In this document: positions 12,410 through 24,722 of the stretch, piece after piece
How positions within the stretch are numbered: the stretch's first letter is position 1
Layout: the number at the start of each line of letters is the position of its first letter
Origin: an uncultured Planctomycetaceae bacterium
Lineage (GTDB): Bacteria > Planctomycetota > Planctomycetia > Planctomycetales > Planctomycetaceae
Assembly (NCBI GenBank): GCA_963813715.1
Contig: CAWFAK010000005.1
Coordinates: 352,001-416,000 of the forward strand
Length of the DNA: 64,000 bases
Direction: 5' to 3'
Position numbers and translations under genes: made by a program
The notes under the pieces: generated by a model
Databases searched by the model: none
What the model was told of the DNA's origin: nothing
Seen by the model: only the letters and a program-made list of their open reading frames with translations

Positions 12410-13648
12410 ATGCGCAGCGAAACCGAAGTCCCCTTCGAGGACAAGCCGTTCCGAATCAAGGTGGCCGACCGAGTCAACCGGCTGCCGCCCTACATGTTCG
12501 GCAAGATCAACAAGCTGAAGTACCAGAAGCGCGCGGCCGGGGTCGACGTGATCGACCTGGGGATGGGCAACCCGACCGACGCACCCGATCCCTTGATCGT
12601 GGACAAACTCTCCGAGGCGCTCGCCGATTCGCGGAATCATCGCTACTCGGTTTCCAACGGCATCGAGAATCTTCGCAAGGAGGTTTCGGCTCGCTATTGG
12701 AAGAAGTACGGCGTCCGCCTGGCTCCCGATACCGAAGTCATTGCCTGCATCGGCTCGAAGGAAGGGTTCAGCCACATGTGCCTGGCCCTGCTCGGTCCGG
12801 GGGACACGGCCATTGTGCCTGCCCCGTCGTTTCCGATTCACGTCTACGCCGTCATGCTCGCCTCGGGCAACGTGATCGCGCTCGACGTGCGGAACCCCGA
12901 GCGGTTTTTGCAGAACGTCGCCTACACCTGTGAGCACCTCTATCCGAAGCCCAAGGTGGTCGTCGTCAATTTTCCGCACAATCCGAGCACCACGGTCATC
13001 GAGCAGGACTTTTATGTCGAACTGGTGGCGCTCGCCAAGAAGTACGGCTTTCTGGTCATCAGCGACTTCGCCTACGCCGACATTTGCTTTGAAGGCTATC
13101 AGGCTCCCAGCTTTCTAGCCGTGCCGGGTGCGATCGACGTCGGCGTCGAGTTCACGACGATGAGCAAAGGCTACAGCATGGCCGGTTGGCGGATCGGTTT
13201 CTGCAGCGGCAACGCGGAGATGGTCCGGGCACTGGCCACCATCAAAGGGTATTACGACTACGGCATCTTCCAGCCGATTCAAATCGCCGCCATCGTCGCC
13301 ATGCGGCACTGCGATGCGGCCGTCGAGAGCGTGGCTTCCGAATATCAGCAGCGACGCGACGTGCTTTGCGAGGGACTGCAACGAAGTGGTTGGGAGCTCG
13401 AGGTGCCCAAGGCCGGGATGTTCGTCTGGGCCAAAATCCCCGAGCCGTGGGCCAAGATGGGCTCGATCGACTTCTCGCTGATGCTGCTCGACAAGGGGGG
13501 CGTCGCCGTCAGCCCGGGCCGCGGCTTTGGAGACGAGGGCGAAGGCTACCTGCGGCTGGCTATCGTCGAGAACAGCCAGCGATTGCGGCAGGCCGTTCGC
13601 CAAATTCAGCGGTGCCTCAAGAGCGAGCCGGTTCAGGTTGGTGAGTGA
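12410..13648 (+). CDS. PLP-dependent class I/II aminotransferase (AlaC / LL-DAP aminotransferase-like)
   Basis: RLPPYMF...[26 protein letters not shown]-lysine motif [15 protein letters not shown]. Confidence 0.92.
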   Translation: MRSETEVPFEDKPFRIKVADRVNRLPPYMFGKINKLKYQKRAAGVDVIDLGMGNPTDAPDPLIVDKLSEALADSRNHRYSVSNGIENLRKEVSARYWKKYGVRLAPDTEVIACIGSKEGFSHMCLALLGPGDTAIVPAPSFPIHVYAVMLASGNVIALDVRNPERFLQNVAYTCEHLYPKPKVVVVNFPHNPSTTVIEQDFYVELVALAKKYGFLVISDFAYADICFEGYQAPSFLAVPGAIDVGVEFTTMSKGYSMAGWRIGFCSGNAEMVRALATIKGYYDYGIFQPIQIAAIVAMRHCDAAVESVASEYQQRRDVLCEGLQRSGWELEVPKAGMFVWAKIPEPWAKMGSIDFSLMLLDKGGVAVSPGRGFGDEGEGYLRLAIVENSQRLRQAVRQIQRCLKSEPVQVGE

Positions 13649-14777
13649 GCCGTTTCGGCGCGGAGCCAGCAGATTGTCGTGTTGCTGACGGCCTCAATGT
13701 CCAGCGGCCGACTCGGCATGCACGGCGCGGCTGCCGGCTGGATGCGATCGAGAAACTGCCTTGATCGCCGCGCCATACGGCTCGCGGGCCACGTATTGAA
13801 CGTCGTTGTGCCCGGTGCCCTGGCAGGACGACAAACGTCTTCGGGATCGAATTGGCCGAGACCGCCGGAGCCGCGTCGAATAGGCGCTTCCCGGACTCGA
13901 ACGGCACGATTGTGTCGACGTTCCCATGCACGACGAGCACCGGGCAAGTCACCTTGGCGATGCGCTCGGCCGAGGGAAACCGGTCGATCAAGAACAGCTT
14001 CACGGGCAGCCACGGATAGTGGCAGGAGGCCACCTCGGCCAGACTGGCGAACGTCGATCGCAGGATCAGTCCGCCCGGCGGAGTGCCGGCCTGCGAAAGT
14101 TCCGACGCCAGCCGCGAGGCCACGCCGCCACCCAACGACTCGCCGAGCAGCACCACCTGCGACGGCTTAACGTGTCGCGTCGTGGTCACGAACTTCCACA
14201 CCGCCTGGGCGTCGGCCGCGAAGTTTTCTTCGCTCGGTTTGCCCGGATTGTCGCCATAGCCTCGATAGTCGACGAGAATGGCGTCCGCGCCCAACCGCGA
14301 CAACTGATCCAGCTCGATGGCCCGGTAGCCGCGGTGGCCGGCGTTGCCCGGAAAATAGATCACCGTCGGACGGTCCGCAGATCCACCGTTAGCTGATCCA
14401 CCATTCGCCGAACCGCTGTGATCGGCATCGCGGGACGCGGCGAACGCCTTTACGCACCAGCCGTTGAGCTGCATGCCGTCCGCAGTGGGGACGTGGATCT
14501 CTTCGACGCGGCCCGCACCCAGCCCGCTGTACTGTGGGTCGATCACCTCTGCTCGCGTCGGCTGGTAGATCAGATAACGTTGAAAGAGAGCCAGCATCAC
14601 CAAAATGATAAGGTACCAGTAGACGATCCGTCTGCCGATCCAGCCCATTTTTGAGCGGACGGTTTTGCCCTTAGGAATGGGGACGCACAGCCGCAACACC
14701 CCGGAGGAGATGCGTCGGCCGATCGAACGCGGCTGATCCGTGTTGTCACTCGGTGCAAGAGGCTGCGAAGCGACCAT
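13633..14777 (-). CDS. Alpha/beta hydrolase (BEM46/ABHD13-like), membrane-anchored; 3' end frameshifted and uncertain
   Basis: [24 protein letters not shown]; nucleophile elbow [15 protein letters not shown]; catalytic His in GHND in the shifted frame. Confidence 0.82.
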
Positions 14778-14855
14778 AGTGGACCTCGACACGCTTTACG
14801 GTATTCGCCCGCAACCTGGCCCGCTTACGTTCATTCCTTTAACTTTCCCGGCACG

Positions 14856-15680
14856 ATGCAAATTATCCCCGTCCTCGATCTGCTCGGGTCGCAAGTCGTT
14901 CGTGGCGTCGCCGGTCGCCGTGATCAGTATCGGCCCCTCGAAAGTCGTCTGGTCGCAGGAAGCGATCCGTTGACCGTCGCGACAGCGATCCGGGGCGCTT
15001 TCGACCTCTGCCATTTCTATGTGGCCGACCTCGATGCGATCCTGTCCCGGCCGCCGAATCGGTCAATTCTGCGGGAGTTATCCGCGAACGGCTTTTCGCT
15101 CCTGGTCGACGCGGGCATTCGTCACAGTGCCGACGCCGAGCCGATTTTCGACCTCGGCGTCGATTGTGTCGTCGCGGGGCTTGAAACCCTCCAGAGCCCG
15201 AAAGAGCTGGCGCACCTTATTGAGAGACACGGCTCGGGGCGAATTTTGTTCAGCCTGGATCTGCGCAACGGCCGGCCGATCGCCTCATCCTCCGCCTGGC
15301 CGATGGCCGAGCCCTTCGAGATCGCCCGCTTGGCGATTGAAGCCGGCTGCCGGCAGCTGATCGTGCTCGACATTGCCGGCGTGGGGACCGGCGGGGGCGT
15401 CTCCACGCTGACTCTCTGCAAGCAGATTCGCCAGGCATTTCCAGGGGTGACCCTCTTCACCGGAGGCGGCGTCCGCGACGCTCGGGATTTGCAGACACTC
15501 GTTCACGCGGGAATCGACGGCGCGCTCGTCGCGTCGGCGCTGCACGACGGCTCGATCACGCCGAGCGACCTGGCGATGCTACCAATGCCAACAATCCCGG
15601 TCGCTCAGGCCAACAGCGACTCGACCACTTCGGCATTCGTCACGGGCGAATCGGTCAGCGAGTCGTCGCGGCCGTCGTGA
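14856..15680 (+). CDS. HisA/HisF-related TIM-barrel protein (hisAF_rel type)
   Basis: MQIIPVLDLLGSQVVRGVAGRRDQYRPL; YVADLDAI; LVDAG; VAGLETL; IVLDIAGVG; GGGVRD; GALVASALHDG. Confidence 0.85.
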   Translation: MQIIPVLDLLGSQVVRGVAGRRDQYRPLESRLVAGSDPLTVATAIRGAFDLCHFYVADLDAILSRPPNRSILRELSANGFSLLVDAGIRHSADAEPIFDLGVDCVVAGLETLQSPKELAHLIERHGSGRILFSLDLRNGRPIASSSAWPMAEPFEIARLAIEAGCRQLIVLDIAGVGTGGGVSTLTLCKQIRQAFPGVTLFTGGGVRDARDLQTLVHAGIDGALVASALHDGSITPSDLAMLPMPTIPVAQANSDSTTSAFVTGESVSESSRPS

Positions 15681-17046
15681 GGATACGTAAGCCGTTCGTG
15701 GTCGAGACCCAAGGCCGCGAGGAGTGTGGCGTGCAAGTCGTGCACGCGGACGATATCGCGCACCGACTCGTAACCGAAGTCGTCCGTCGCTCCGTGCACA
15801 TAGCCACGTTTGAAGCCGCCACCGGCCAGCCAGAGCGAAAATGCCCGGCGGTTGTGATCGCGACCGTCGTTGCCCTGCGAGACCGGTTGGCGTCCGAACT
15901 CGCCCGTCCAGAGCACGATCGTCGAATCGAGCAGGCCCCGTTGCTGGAGGTCTCGCACGAGCGCCGCGCTGGGCCCGTCGGTCTTCGCGCACAGCCCGAC
16001 GAGCGTCTTCGCGTTGTTGGCGTGCGTGTCCCAGGGTTGGCCGCTCAAGAAGACCTGCACGAACCGCACGCCGCGCTCCACCAGCCGCCGCGCGATCAGG
16101 CAGCGCCGGCCGTAATCTTCCGTCGCCGGTTGATCGAGCCCGTAGAGCGACTGCGTGGCCTTCGATTCCTGGGATACGTCGAGCGCCTCGGGCACGGCCG
16201 ATTGCATCTTCGCGGCCAGCTCATAGTTGGTGATCCGCGCTTCCAGCTCCGAGTTGGCCGGATTGCGACGGAGATGTTCGGCGTTGAGCGTTCGGAGAAA
16301 TTCGAGCTGCCGCTGCTCGTGCTGCGGGGACGATTTCCGGCGGCGTCTGCAGGTGCAACACGGGCGAACCGGCGGGGCGGAAAGCCGTCCCCTGATAGAC
16401 GGCCGGAAGGTAACCGGCGCTCCAATTCTTCGTGCCGTCGACCGGCAGCCCGCCCGGATCGCCCAGGACGACGTACGCCGGCAGCTCTTCCCGCATCGAT
16501 CCCAGGCCGTACACTACCCACGAGCCGAGGCTCGGCTTGCCTGCGAAGAAAGTGCCGGAGTGGATCAGCCGCAGCGCCGATTCGTGATCGACCGACGTCG
16601 TCGTCATCGAACGGACGAGAGTCAATTCGTCGGCGACGGCTCCGGTGTGCGGCAACAATCTCCGAGAGCTCCATGCCGCACTCGCCGCGTTTCTTGAACT
16701 TGAAGGGCGATCCCAACAGGTTCGTGGACGCGTGGGCGAAGTGGACCTCCACCTTGCCGGGATACGGTTCGCCGCTGTGCCGCGAAAGCTGCGGCTTGAC
16801 GTCGAACAGATCCATCTGGCTCGGACCGCCGTGCTGAAACAGGCAGATGACCGATTTCGCCCGCCCCGGATTGTGCGGCGGAACGGAAGCCAGCGGGTCT
16901 TTGCGCTGACTGCCGGCAGCGAACGCCTCCCGCTGCAGGAGATGCGCCAGCGCCAGCCCACCGATGCCTCCGCAGTAGTCGGCCAGAAAGGCTCGACGGT
17001 TGACCGCGAACGGATTCGGCATTTTGTCGCTGGCTCGCTCATTCAT
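15605..17046 (-). CDS. DUF1501 family protein (frameshifts at ~16660, ~16335)
   Basis: Twin-Arg leader [77 protein letters not shown]. Confidence 0.88.
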
Positions 17047-17056
17047 CGGCAGGCCT

Positions 17057-19888
17057 TCACTCGACGTACAAAAATGCGTTGCTGGCCAAGAGCATCTGGC
17101 AGAAATCACGCCACGCCGATTCTTCGTTCGCAGAATAGCTCGCCGTTTGCTGCGCGAGGAACTGCGATGACGCGGCCTGTTCCGCGGCCGTCGGCGCGCG
17201 GCCGAACGCGACCGTGATCGCGCGGCGGATTCGCGCCTCGGTTGCGGAGCCGGTTTCGGCGAGCCAGACGGGGCGGCCGGTGACCGACGCGCGGCTGCGG
17301 CGAACGCCACGGCCCGCGCCCGGACAAAGCTCGAATTGAGCAGGGCCAGCGACTGCAGCGGGACCGTCGACGTGCCGCGCACCGGGCAGTTGTTGACGAT
17401 GGTCGGCGCGTCGAACAGCTCGAGCAGGGAATTGACCTGCGTCCGCCGCTGCTGCAGATACAGGCTGCGGCGGTGGGCTCCCTCCTGGTCCTCGCGGACA
17501 ACAACGGCCCCTTCCTCGTCGCGGTTGCACATGACGTAGGGGCCGTACATTTTTTCCGCCATCTCTCCCGAGACGCACAGCATCGAATCGCGGACGGCCT
17601 CGGCGTCGAGCCGCGCGAGTGGGAATCTCCACAGCAGGCGGTCATCGGGATCGAGGGCCGCGCCCGGCCCATTTGCGGCGCTGGCCTGGCGATACGTTGC
17701 CGACAGCACGATCAAACGGTGCAGGTGCTTGACGCTCCAGCCGCTGGCGCGAAATTCGTCGGCCAGATATTCGAGCAGGGCGGGATGCGTCGGTCGCGAC
17801 CCGGAAAGTCCGAAATTGTCCGGAGTGGCGACGATCCCCGTGCCGAAGTGTTGTTGCCAAATGCGATTGACCATCACTCGGGCCAGCAGAGCGGCCGCCC
17901 GCGATTGCGGCTCGGTGAGCCAGCGGGCAAACGCCAGCCGTCGTCCCGAAGAGGTCGAGCCTGGATAGGGCACGTTCATACGCAGCTCGGCCGGCCCGTC
18001 GCTCAATACTCTCAGAGCTGCGGGAACAACGGCTTCGCCAGGGTCGGTGTAACTGCCCCGCTTCAAAACGTGCAACGCGGTCGGATTCTGCACGACGTCG
18101 GTCACGCAGGCCAGCTCGCCCGGCTTGGCGAGCCGTTGGGAGTCGAGCTCGTTGAGCAGTTTTCGCAGCCGTCGCGCACGACGGGCGGCGTTGGTGTTAT
18201 AGGCGACGAATTGCGGCGCGGGCGAACCATCGGCCGGGTTCGAGCTCTCCATGAGCACGTCGCTGACGATGAAGCTGCGGCCGCAGCAGTACTCAAAACC
18301 GAACGCCCCGTCGGGCAAGTCGGCGGCGTCGATCGTGACGGCATTCTTTTCCGTCATGAGGTCGACGACTTGCTCAATCCGCAGCTTCTGGTTGCCGACG
18401 TTCGTCACGCGGACGCCGTAGCGATGTCCGGCCCGATAGCCCGACTCGCCAATCTCGCCGATCGCGCGCGAATGCGGACCCGGATAGGCGATGTTCAGGG
18501 CCGCTTTGCCCGCGGGGTTGCCGTCCAAAAGCACGTTGCCCGTCGAGCGGCGGATTCCCTTCGCGTCGGCCGTTTGCGCGGCGATGAAGAAGGCGACCCG
18601 TTCGGCAGGCGGCGAACCGCCGATCCGATCGGCCACCAGGTTGAAGGAGGCTTGGATCCACTCGCCTTCGCGGCGCGGCCTCCAGTTGAATGTCTTGCGA
18701 GTGACGAGCCAGCGATCGCCGCTGTTGGACTCATGAATGCGGAGCGTTCCCTTCTCAATCGAGGCAGCGGGAGCCTTTGCGGTATCCACGGCGACGGCAC
18801 CGATCGCTCCGGGAAGATTCGATTCGGGAGTCGGGCTCCACCAGGACTCGCTGAGTCGGCCCGGCGATTTGAATTCGTCATGGAAAAGGATCGCCTCGGG
18901 CGGGCGGTGCGACTCGACCCAGCTCGCATAGACCTGGACGGCCCGGGCTTTCTCGACGTCGATTTGATGTTCGTGCGATCGCCAGACCACGGCTTCGTCG
19001 CCCGCCGGCATCTCGCGGACGCGGTCTTTGGGCTTGATCCAGTGCTCGGCGTCGTAGGCGGGAAACGCCGGGTAGAAAATCGACTCCAGCTGGTAATACT
19101 CGGCGGCGGTGATCGGCTCGAACTTGTGCGCGTGGCAGCGGCAGCACTGAATCGTGACGCCCAGCAGCGAGTTCATCGTGAGCTGCAGCGTCCCGTGCAA
19201 CACGGTCGCCCGATCGACCCGCACCTCGTCGGGGTTGCCGTCGCTCTCGCTCGATCCATCCTGGCCGTTTCGCAAAAAGTGGGTCGCCGTGAACTGATCC
19301 ACAATGTCGCGGGTGAGGGGCTGGCCGGGCATGATAGCCGGAAAGCTCGTCGCCCGCCAACTGCTCGCGGACGAACTGATCGAAGGGCCGATCACTGTTG
19401 AATGACCGAATCACGTAGTCGCGGTACTTGTAGGCCAGCGGCCGATCGCTGTCGGCGTTGAAGTAGCCGTTCGAATCGGCGTAGCCGGCCACGTCGAGCC
19501 AGTACTTGCCCCAGCGTTCGCCATAATGCGGCGAGGCGAGCAGCCGCTCGACCAAGCGAGAGTAGGCATCGGGTGCGGGGTCGGCGATGAACCGCGCGAC
19601 CTCGTCCGGCTTCGGCGGCAGGCCCGTCAGGTCAAAGGAGAGCCGTCGCAGCAGGGTCGCCCGGTCGGCCTCCGGATTCAGCGACAGCTTCTTCTGCTCG
19701 AGTGCTTGGAGCACGAACGCATCGACGGGCGAACGGGTCACCGCCGCACGCTCGAGGCGAGGGATTGCCGGCCGCACCAGCGGGCGGAACGCCCAGTGAT
19801 TTCGGGGATCCGCGTCGGCTCCCCGCACAGCCGCGATCGCGGAGGCGAACAACAGGGCCGACGTCAGAACTCGCTGCAGCGCTCGCAT
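17057..19888 (-). CDS. DUF1549 (PSCyt2) + DUF1553 (PSD1) protein with an internal insert (frameshifts at ~19325, ~17290)
   Basis: [118 protein letters not shown]. Confidence 0.88.
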
Positions 19889-20077
19889 GCGAAAAAGACC
19901 TCAATCCATAAAGGATTGCTTATTAGAGTAGCAACCGGGGAGAAGCCTGGGAACTTTTCGGCATCCCGTCACAGATCGGAGGGCGACGGAACCGCTCGTG
20001 CGGGCCGGGTGAACGGGCATCTGCCGGGTCGACTCGGTAGAATGGAAGCGTCGATTCCCGCCGCTTCGAGACCCGCC

Positions 20078-22462
20078 ATGAAAGCCTGCCGGCCCCTCCT
20101 GCCGCTCGTATTGCCGTCGCTCCTGGCAATGACGGCTCTGGGCACGCCCGCACTGGCAGAGGCCGACCCGGGAGCTGAGACGACGGCCCGGTCTGTCGAC
20201 TTCAACCGCGATGTGCGGCCCATCCTGTCGAAAAACTGCTTCGCCTGCCACGGGGCGGACGAACAGCACCGCGAAGGCGGCCTGCGACTCGATCTGCGGG
20301 GCGACGCCATCAAACCGCTGGCGGACGGAAAAACGGCCATCGTCCCCGGCCACACGGACCGGAGCGAACTCGTTCGCCGCATCACGTCCACGGACGCCGA
20401 CGAGCGGATGCCCCCCGCCAACGCCAACAGCACGCTCACCGACGATCAGCGGCGAATTCTCACACAATGGATTCGTGAGGGAGCCGGCTACACCCGGCAC
20501 TGGTCCTTCGAGAAGCCCGTGCGCCCGCAGCTGCCGCGACTGGCTGCAATCGCCGGACGGCCGGAATGGCCGGCCAACCCCGTCGATCTCTTTATTGGCG
20601 TGAAGCTGCAGTCGGCCGGTCTGGCCCCCTCGCCACCGGCCGATCCCTACACGTTGATTCGGCGACTCAGTCTCGATTTGCGCGGCTTGCCGCCGACTCC
20701 GGCCGAGGTCGAGGAGTTCGTCCGCGACTCTAATCCCAGCGCCTACGAACGTCTCGTCGATCGAATGCTGGCCGACCCGGCGTTCGGTGAGCGGTGCGCA
20801 CGTCCCTGGCTCGACCTGGCCCGCTACGCCGACTCGGCCGGTTACGCCTCGGACCCGCTGCGGACGATCTGGCTCTATCGCGATTGGGTGATCGACGCGT
20901 TCAACGCGAACACGCCGTTCGACCAATTTACGATCGAGCAGCTGGCGGGCGACCTGTTGCCCCGGCCGACGAACGAGCAGCTCGTGGCCACCGCCTTCAA
21001 TCGCAACACGATGACGAACACGGAGGGGGGAACCGACGACGAAGAGTTCCGCGTGGCGGCCGTGAAAGATCGCGTCGACACGACGATGGACGTCTGGATG
21101 GGACTCACCATCGGCTGTGCCAAGTGCCACAGCCATAAGTTCGACCCGATCACACAAGCCGAGTACTACCGGTTCTTCGCCCTCTTCAACCAGACGGCCG
21201 ACAACGATCAGCCGAGCGAATCGCCGACGTTGTCCTTCCCGTCGCCCGAGACGGCCCGACAGCGCGCGACCGTCGATGCTCAAATTGCGTTGCTCAAAAA
21301 GCGGGTCGGCTCGCAGAAGGATCCCAAGCTCGCCGCACGCATCGCCAAGCTGGCCCGTTCTCGCGCCAAGGATCCCAGCGTCCCCGTGATGCAGGAATTG
21401 CCGCGGGAGAAGCATCGGCAAACCAACGTGATGGTCAAAGGCAACTTCCTCGTCCCGGCCGAGGCCGTCGAGCCGGGCGTGCCGGCGTTTTTCGGCTCGC
21501 TGCCCAAGCAGGCACCGGCCGATCGCCTGGCGATGGCCCGATGGATCGTGGATCGCGAAAATCCGCTCACCGCGCGCGTCGCCGTCAATCGACTGTGGTC
21601 GCAAGTTTTCGGCCAGGGAATCGTCGAGACCGAAGAGGATTTTGGGACGCAGGGCCGGGCGCCCAGCCATCCGGAGTTGCTCGATTATCTCGCCGTCGAA
21701 TATCGGGACCACGGCTGGAACACCAAGGCGCTCATTCGCCTGCTCGTCACCTCGGCCACTTATCGGCAGTCGAGCCGCGAGACGCCGGAAGCCCTGCAAA
21801 AAGATCCCGGCAATCGCCTTTACGGTCGGGCGCCGCGGTTTCGCCTGGAGGCGGAGATCGTTCGCGATCAGGCGTTGGCCCTCTCGGGGCTGTTGAGCCA
21901 GAAAATGAAGGGCCCCTCGGTCTTTCCGCCGCAGCCGCCCGGACTTTGGCGGGCCGCATTTAACGGCGATCGCACCTGGCCGACGAGCCCCGGAGCCGAC
22001 GCGCATCGCCGCGGGCTCTACACGTTTTGGCGGCGGACGATTCCCTATCCGTCGATGAGCACGTTCGATGCCCCCAGCCGCGAGGTTTGCTCGGTCCGCC
22101 GCGTGCGCACCAACACGCCCCTGCAAGCCTTCGTCACGCTCAACGATCCGGTGTACGTCGAGGCGGCGCAAGCCCTCTCGCGGCGGATCATGACAGAAGG
22201 CGGCCATTCGCCCCGCGACCGCTGCCAATTCGCACTGCGGCTCTGCCTGGCTCGGCCGCCCCTGGTCGAGCAGGTCGCGGAGCTCGAGTCGCTGCTGCTC
22301 GACGAGCGGCGGCACTATCAGGCCGATCCCCGCGCGGCGCGAATGCTGGCGGGCGGTCCCCAGGGCCAGCTGCCGCCCGGATTGGACGTAGCCGACCTCG
22401 CGGCGTGGACCGTCGTCGCCAACGTGCTGTTGAATCTCGACGGCGTGCTGACCAAGGGCTGA
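20078..22462 (+). CDS. Planctomycete cytochrome c (PSCyt1) + DUF1549 + DUF1553 protein
   Basis: VDFNRDVRPILSKNCFACHG; RMPP; WLDLARYADSAG; CAKCHSHKFDP; ARVAVNRLW; PSHPELLDYLA; TNTPLQAFVTLNDP; ANVLLNLD. Confidence 0.92.
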   Translation: MKACRPLLPLVLPSLLAMTALGTPALAEADPGAETTARSVDFNRDVRPILSKNCFACHGADEQHREGGLRLDLRGDAIKPLADGKTAIVPGHTDRSELVRRITSTDADERMPPANANSTLTDDQRRILTQWIREGAGYTRHWSFEKPVRPQLPRLAAIAGRPEWPANPVDLFIGVKLQSAGLAPSPPADPYTLIRRLSLDLRGLPPTPAEVEEFVRDSNPSAYERLVDRMLADPAFGERCARPWLDLARYADSAGYASDPLRTIWLYRDWVIDAFNANTPFDQFTIEQLAGDLLPRPTNEQLVATAFNRNTMTNTEGGTDDEEFRVAAVKDRVDTTMDVWMGLTIGCAKCHSHKFDPITQAEYYRFFALFNQTADNDQPSESPTLSFPSPETARQRATVDAQIALLKKRVGSQKDPKLAARIAKLARSRAKDPSVPVMQELPREKHRQTNVMVKGNFLVPAEAVEPGVPAFFGSLPKQAPADRLAMARWIVDRENPLTARVAVNRLWSQVFGQGIVETEEDFGTQGRAPSHPELLDYLAVEYRDHGWNTKALIRLLVTSATYRQSSRETPEALQKDPGNRLYGRAPRFRLEAEIVRDQALALSGLLSQKMKGPSVFPPQPPGLWRAAFNGDRTWPTSPGADAHRRGLYTFWRRTIPYPSMSTFDAPSREVCSVRRVRTNTPLQAFVTLNDPVYVEAAQALSRRIMTEGGHSPRDRCQFALRLCLARPPLVEQVAELESLLLDERRHYQADPRAARMLAGGPQGQLPPGLDVADLAAWTVVANVLLNLDGVLTKG

Positions 22463-22477
22463 CGAAAGCGGCAAACG

Positions 22478-23966
22478 ATGAAATCGCACGACAAACTCCT
22501 GCAGGAAGCTCGGCTGGCGCGCGTGCAATTGCAGACGCGCCGGCACTTCCTGCGGCAGTCGCAGATCGGCCTGGGAGCGCTCGCCCTGTCGAGCCTGCTG
22601 GGCAACGCAGCGACCGGCGCGTGCGTCCGCCTCGGGCGCGACCGACAATGCCCTGGCGCTGCGCCCGCCCGTGAGAGCGGCCAAGGCGCGGGCCGTTATC
22701 TATCTGCACATGTCGGGTTCGCCGCCGCAGCAGGACCTCTTCGACTACAAACCCAAGCTCGTTCAGTACAACATGCAGCCCTGCCCGGACGAGCTGATGA
22801 AGGGGCAGCGGTTCCCGTTCATCAAGGGACATCCGAACCTGCTGGGGACGCCCTACCATTTTCGGCCGTACGGCCAGTGTGGCACGGTGATGAGCGAGCT
22901 GTTGCCCCACATCGCCGGCCAGGTCGACGACATCGCCCTCATCCGTTCGATGTGGACCGATCAGTTCAACCACGCGCCGGCCGAGTTGCTGTTGCATACC
23001 GGTTCGCCGCGGTTCGGCAGTGCGTCGATGGGCTCGTGGGTGACCTACGGACTCGGATCCGAGAACCAGGACCTGCCGGGCTTCGTGGTGCTGGTCAGTG
23101 GCGACAGCGATCCGAGCGCGGGCAAGAGCGTGTGGGGCAGCGGATTCTTGCCGTCGGTGTTTCAGGGCGTGCAGTGCCGTACCGCAGGCGAACCGATCCT
23201 GTATGTCAGCGATCCGCCCGGGATGACGCGTGACGTCCGCCGCCGCAGTCTCGACGCACTCGGCAAGCTCAACCGGCTCGAGCTGGCCGAGTTCGGCGAT
23301 CCGGAAACGCTCACGCGAATCAGCCAGTATGAGCTGGCCTACCGCATGCAGATCTCCGTTCCCAACGTGATGGACATCTCCCGCGAGCCGGCCCACGTCC
23401 ACGAAGCCTACGGCACGAAGCCGGGCGTCACCGCCTTCGCCAACAATTGTTTGCTCGCCCGGCGACTCGTCGAGCGGGGTGTGCGCTACGTGCAGCTCTT
23501 CGATTGGGGCTGGGACATGCACGGCACGGCCCGCGACAACGACCTGATCACCGGGCTGCCCAAGAAGTGCGGCGAAGTCGATCGGCCGATCGCCGCGCTG
23601 TTGCGGGATCTCAAATCGAGCGGCCTGTTGGATGAGACGATCGTGATCTGGAGCGGCGAGTTCGGCCGCACGTCGATGAACGAAGCTCGCGGCGGCTCGA
23701 AGCTCTTGGGCCGCGACCATCATCCGCACTGCTTCTCGATGTGGCTGGCCGGCGGCGGCGTCAAAGGAGGCACGGCGCTCGGGGAGACCGACGACCTGGG
23801 CTACTTCATCGTGAAGGACAAGGTCACCGTCCATGATCTGCAGGCCACCGTGCTGCGTCTGTTGGGTCTCGACGCTCATCACCTGACGTTCCCGTTCCAG
23901 GGCCTCGACCAGCGGCTGATCGGTCCGACGAACGAAGCTAAGATCATCCAGCCGATCCTGAGCTAG
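22478..23966 (+). CDS. DUF1501 family protein (frameshift(s) at ~22620-22675)
   Basis: TRRHFL leader; [66 protein letters not shown]. Confidence 0.9.
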
Positions 23967-23987
23967 CTGGTCGGTGGCTCCGGCAAT

Positions 23988-24017
23988 TTGACATCGTCCT
24001 TCGTCAGCGGGTACGAT
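23988..24017 (+). promoter_or_regulatory. Putative sigma70 promoter
   Basis: TTGACA (23988-93), 18 nt spacer, TACGAT (24012-17), upstream of the AAGGAGG RBS and ATG 24080. Confidence 0.45.
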
Positions 24018-24079
24018 CCGCGCCTGTCCTCTGCAGCTGCTCGGCCGACGCAATCGATCCATTTCAAGGAGGCAAATCG

Positions 24080-24697
24080 ATGAGGCGGTCCATCCCGCTA
24101 GCTTTGGTCGCGGCAATCAGCACCTCGACGGGCGCGTGGCTCTGTGCTCAGACGCCGACCAATGCGCCCCTTGATGCCCAACTCAGCACCCCCTTTGATG
24201 CGCCAGCTGATGTCAAAACGCCCGTCCCGGAAGGCGCAAAGGCAACGGGAGGACCAGCCGCCAAACCGGCGGAACTCGCGTCGAGCCCGCCGCTCGCCAC
24301 CGCGAAGGTCGAGGCGATCAATCTACGCAATCAGTTCATCGAGCTGTCGAAGAAAAAGGCGCTCTTGATGAAGGAGCCGGAGCTCAAGCGCGAAATTCAA
24401 TTGCTGGAGCGACAGATCCCGGAACTCGAAGCCTGGGCCAAGGCCGATGAAGCTGCCCGACTGTTGCACGAGGTGATCGAAAGACACCCCAACACCCAAG
24501 CCGCCAAATCGGCGCAGGAGGCCATCCAACTGATCGAGCGACGCCCCATTCCCGAACGGGACGACCTCTTTAGCCCACGCGGAGACATTCGGCACGCCCT
24601 TCCGCCGACCGACAGGCCATACGATCGCGGACCCTCGCGGCACGACGATCCTGCTCCGCTAAAACCCATACCGGAAAGGGATAGTTTCTCGTCCTAA
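24080..24697 (+). CDS. Secreted hypothetical protein with a helical core
   Basis: Strong RBS AAGGAGG; signal peptide-like N-terminus; helical segment LLHEVIERHPNTQAAKSAQEAI. Confidence 0.7.
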   Translation: MRRSIPLALVAAISTSTGAWLCAQTPTNAPLDAQLSTPFDAPADVKTPVPEGAKATGGPAAKPAELASSPPLATAKVEAINLRNQFIELSKKKALLMKEPELKREIQLLERQIPELEAWAKADEAARLLHEVIERHPNTQAAKSAQEAIQLIERRPIPERDDLFSPRGDIRHALPPTDRPYDRGPSRHDDPAPLKPIPERDSFSS

Positions 24698-24722
24698 CTC
24701 GCCTGTCACCGAAACCACCGGC

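Noticed and set aside
14377..14416. [13 protein letters not shown] repeat in the alpha/beta hydrolase
   Set aside because: Small degenerate 15 bp duplication in a probable surface loop.
16096..19395. 1099 aa ORF fusing DUF1553 to DUF1501
   Set aside because: The real DUF1553 C-terminus (ASNAFLYVE*) is in another frame ending at 17057; the read-through comes from a frameshift at ~17290.
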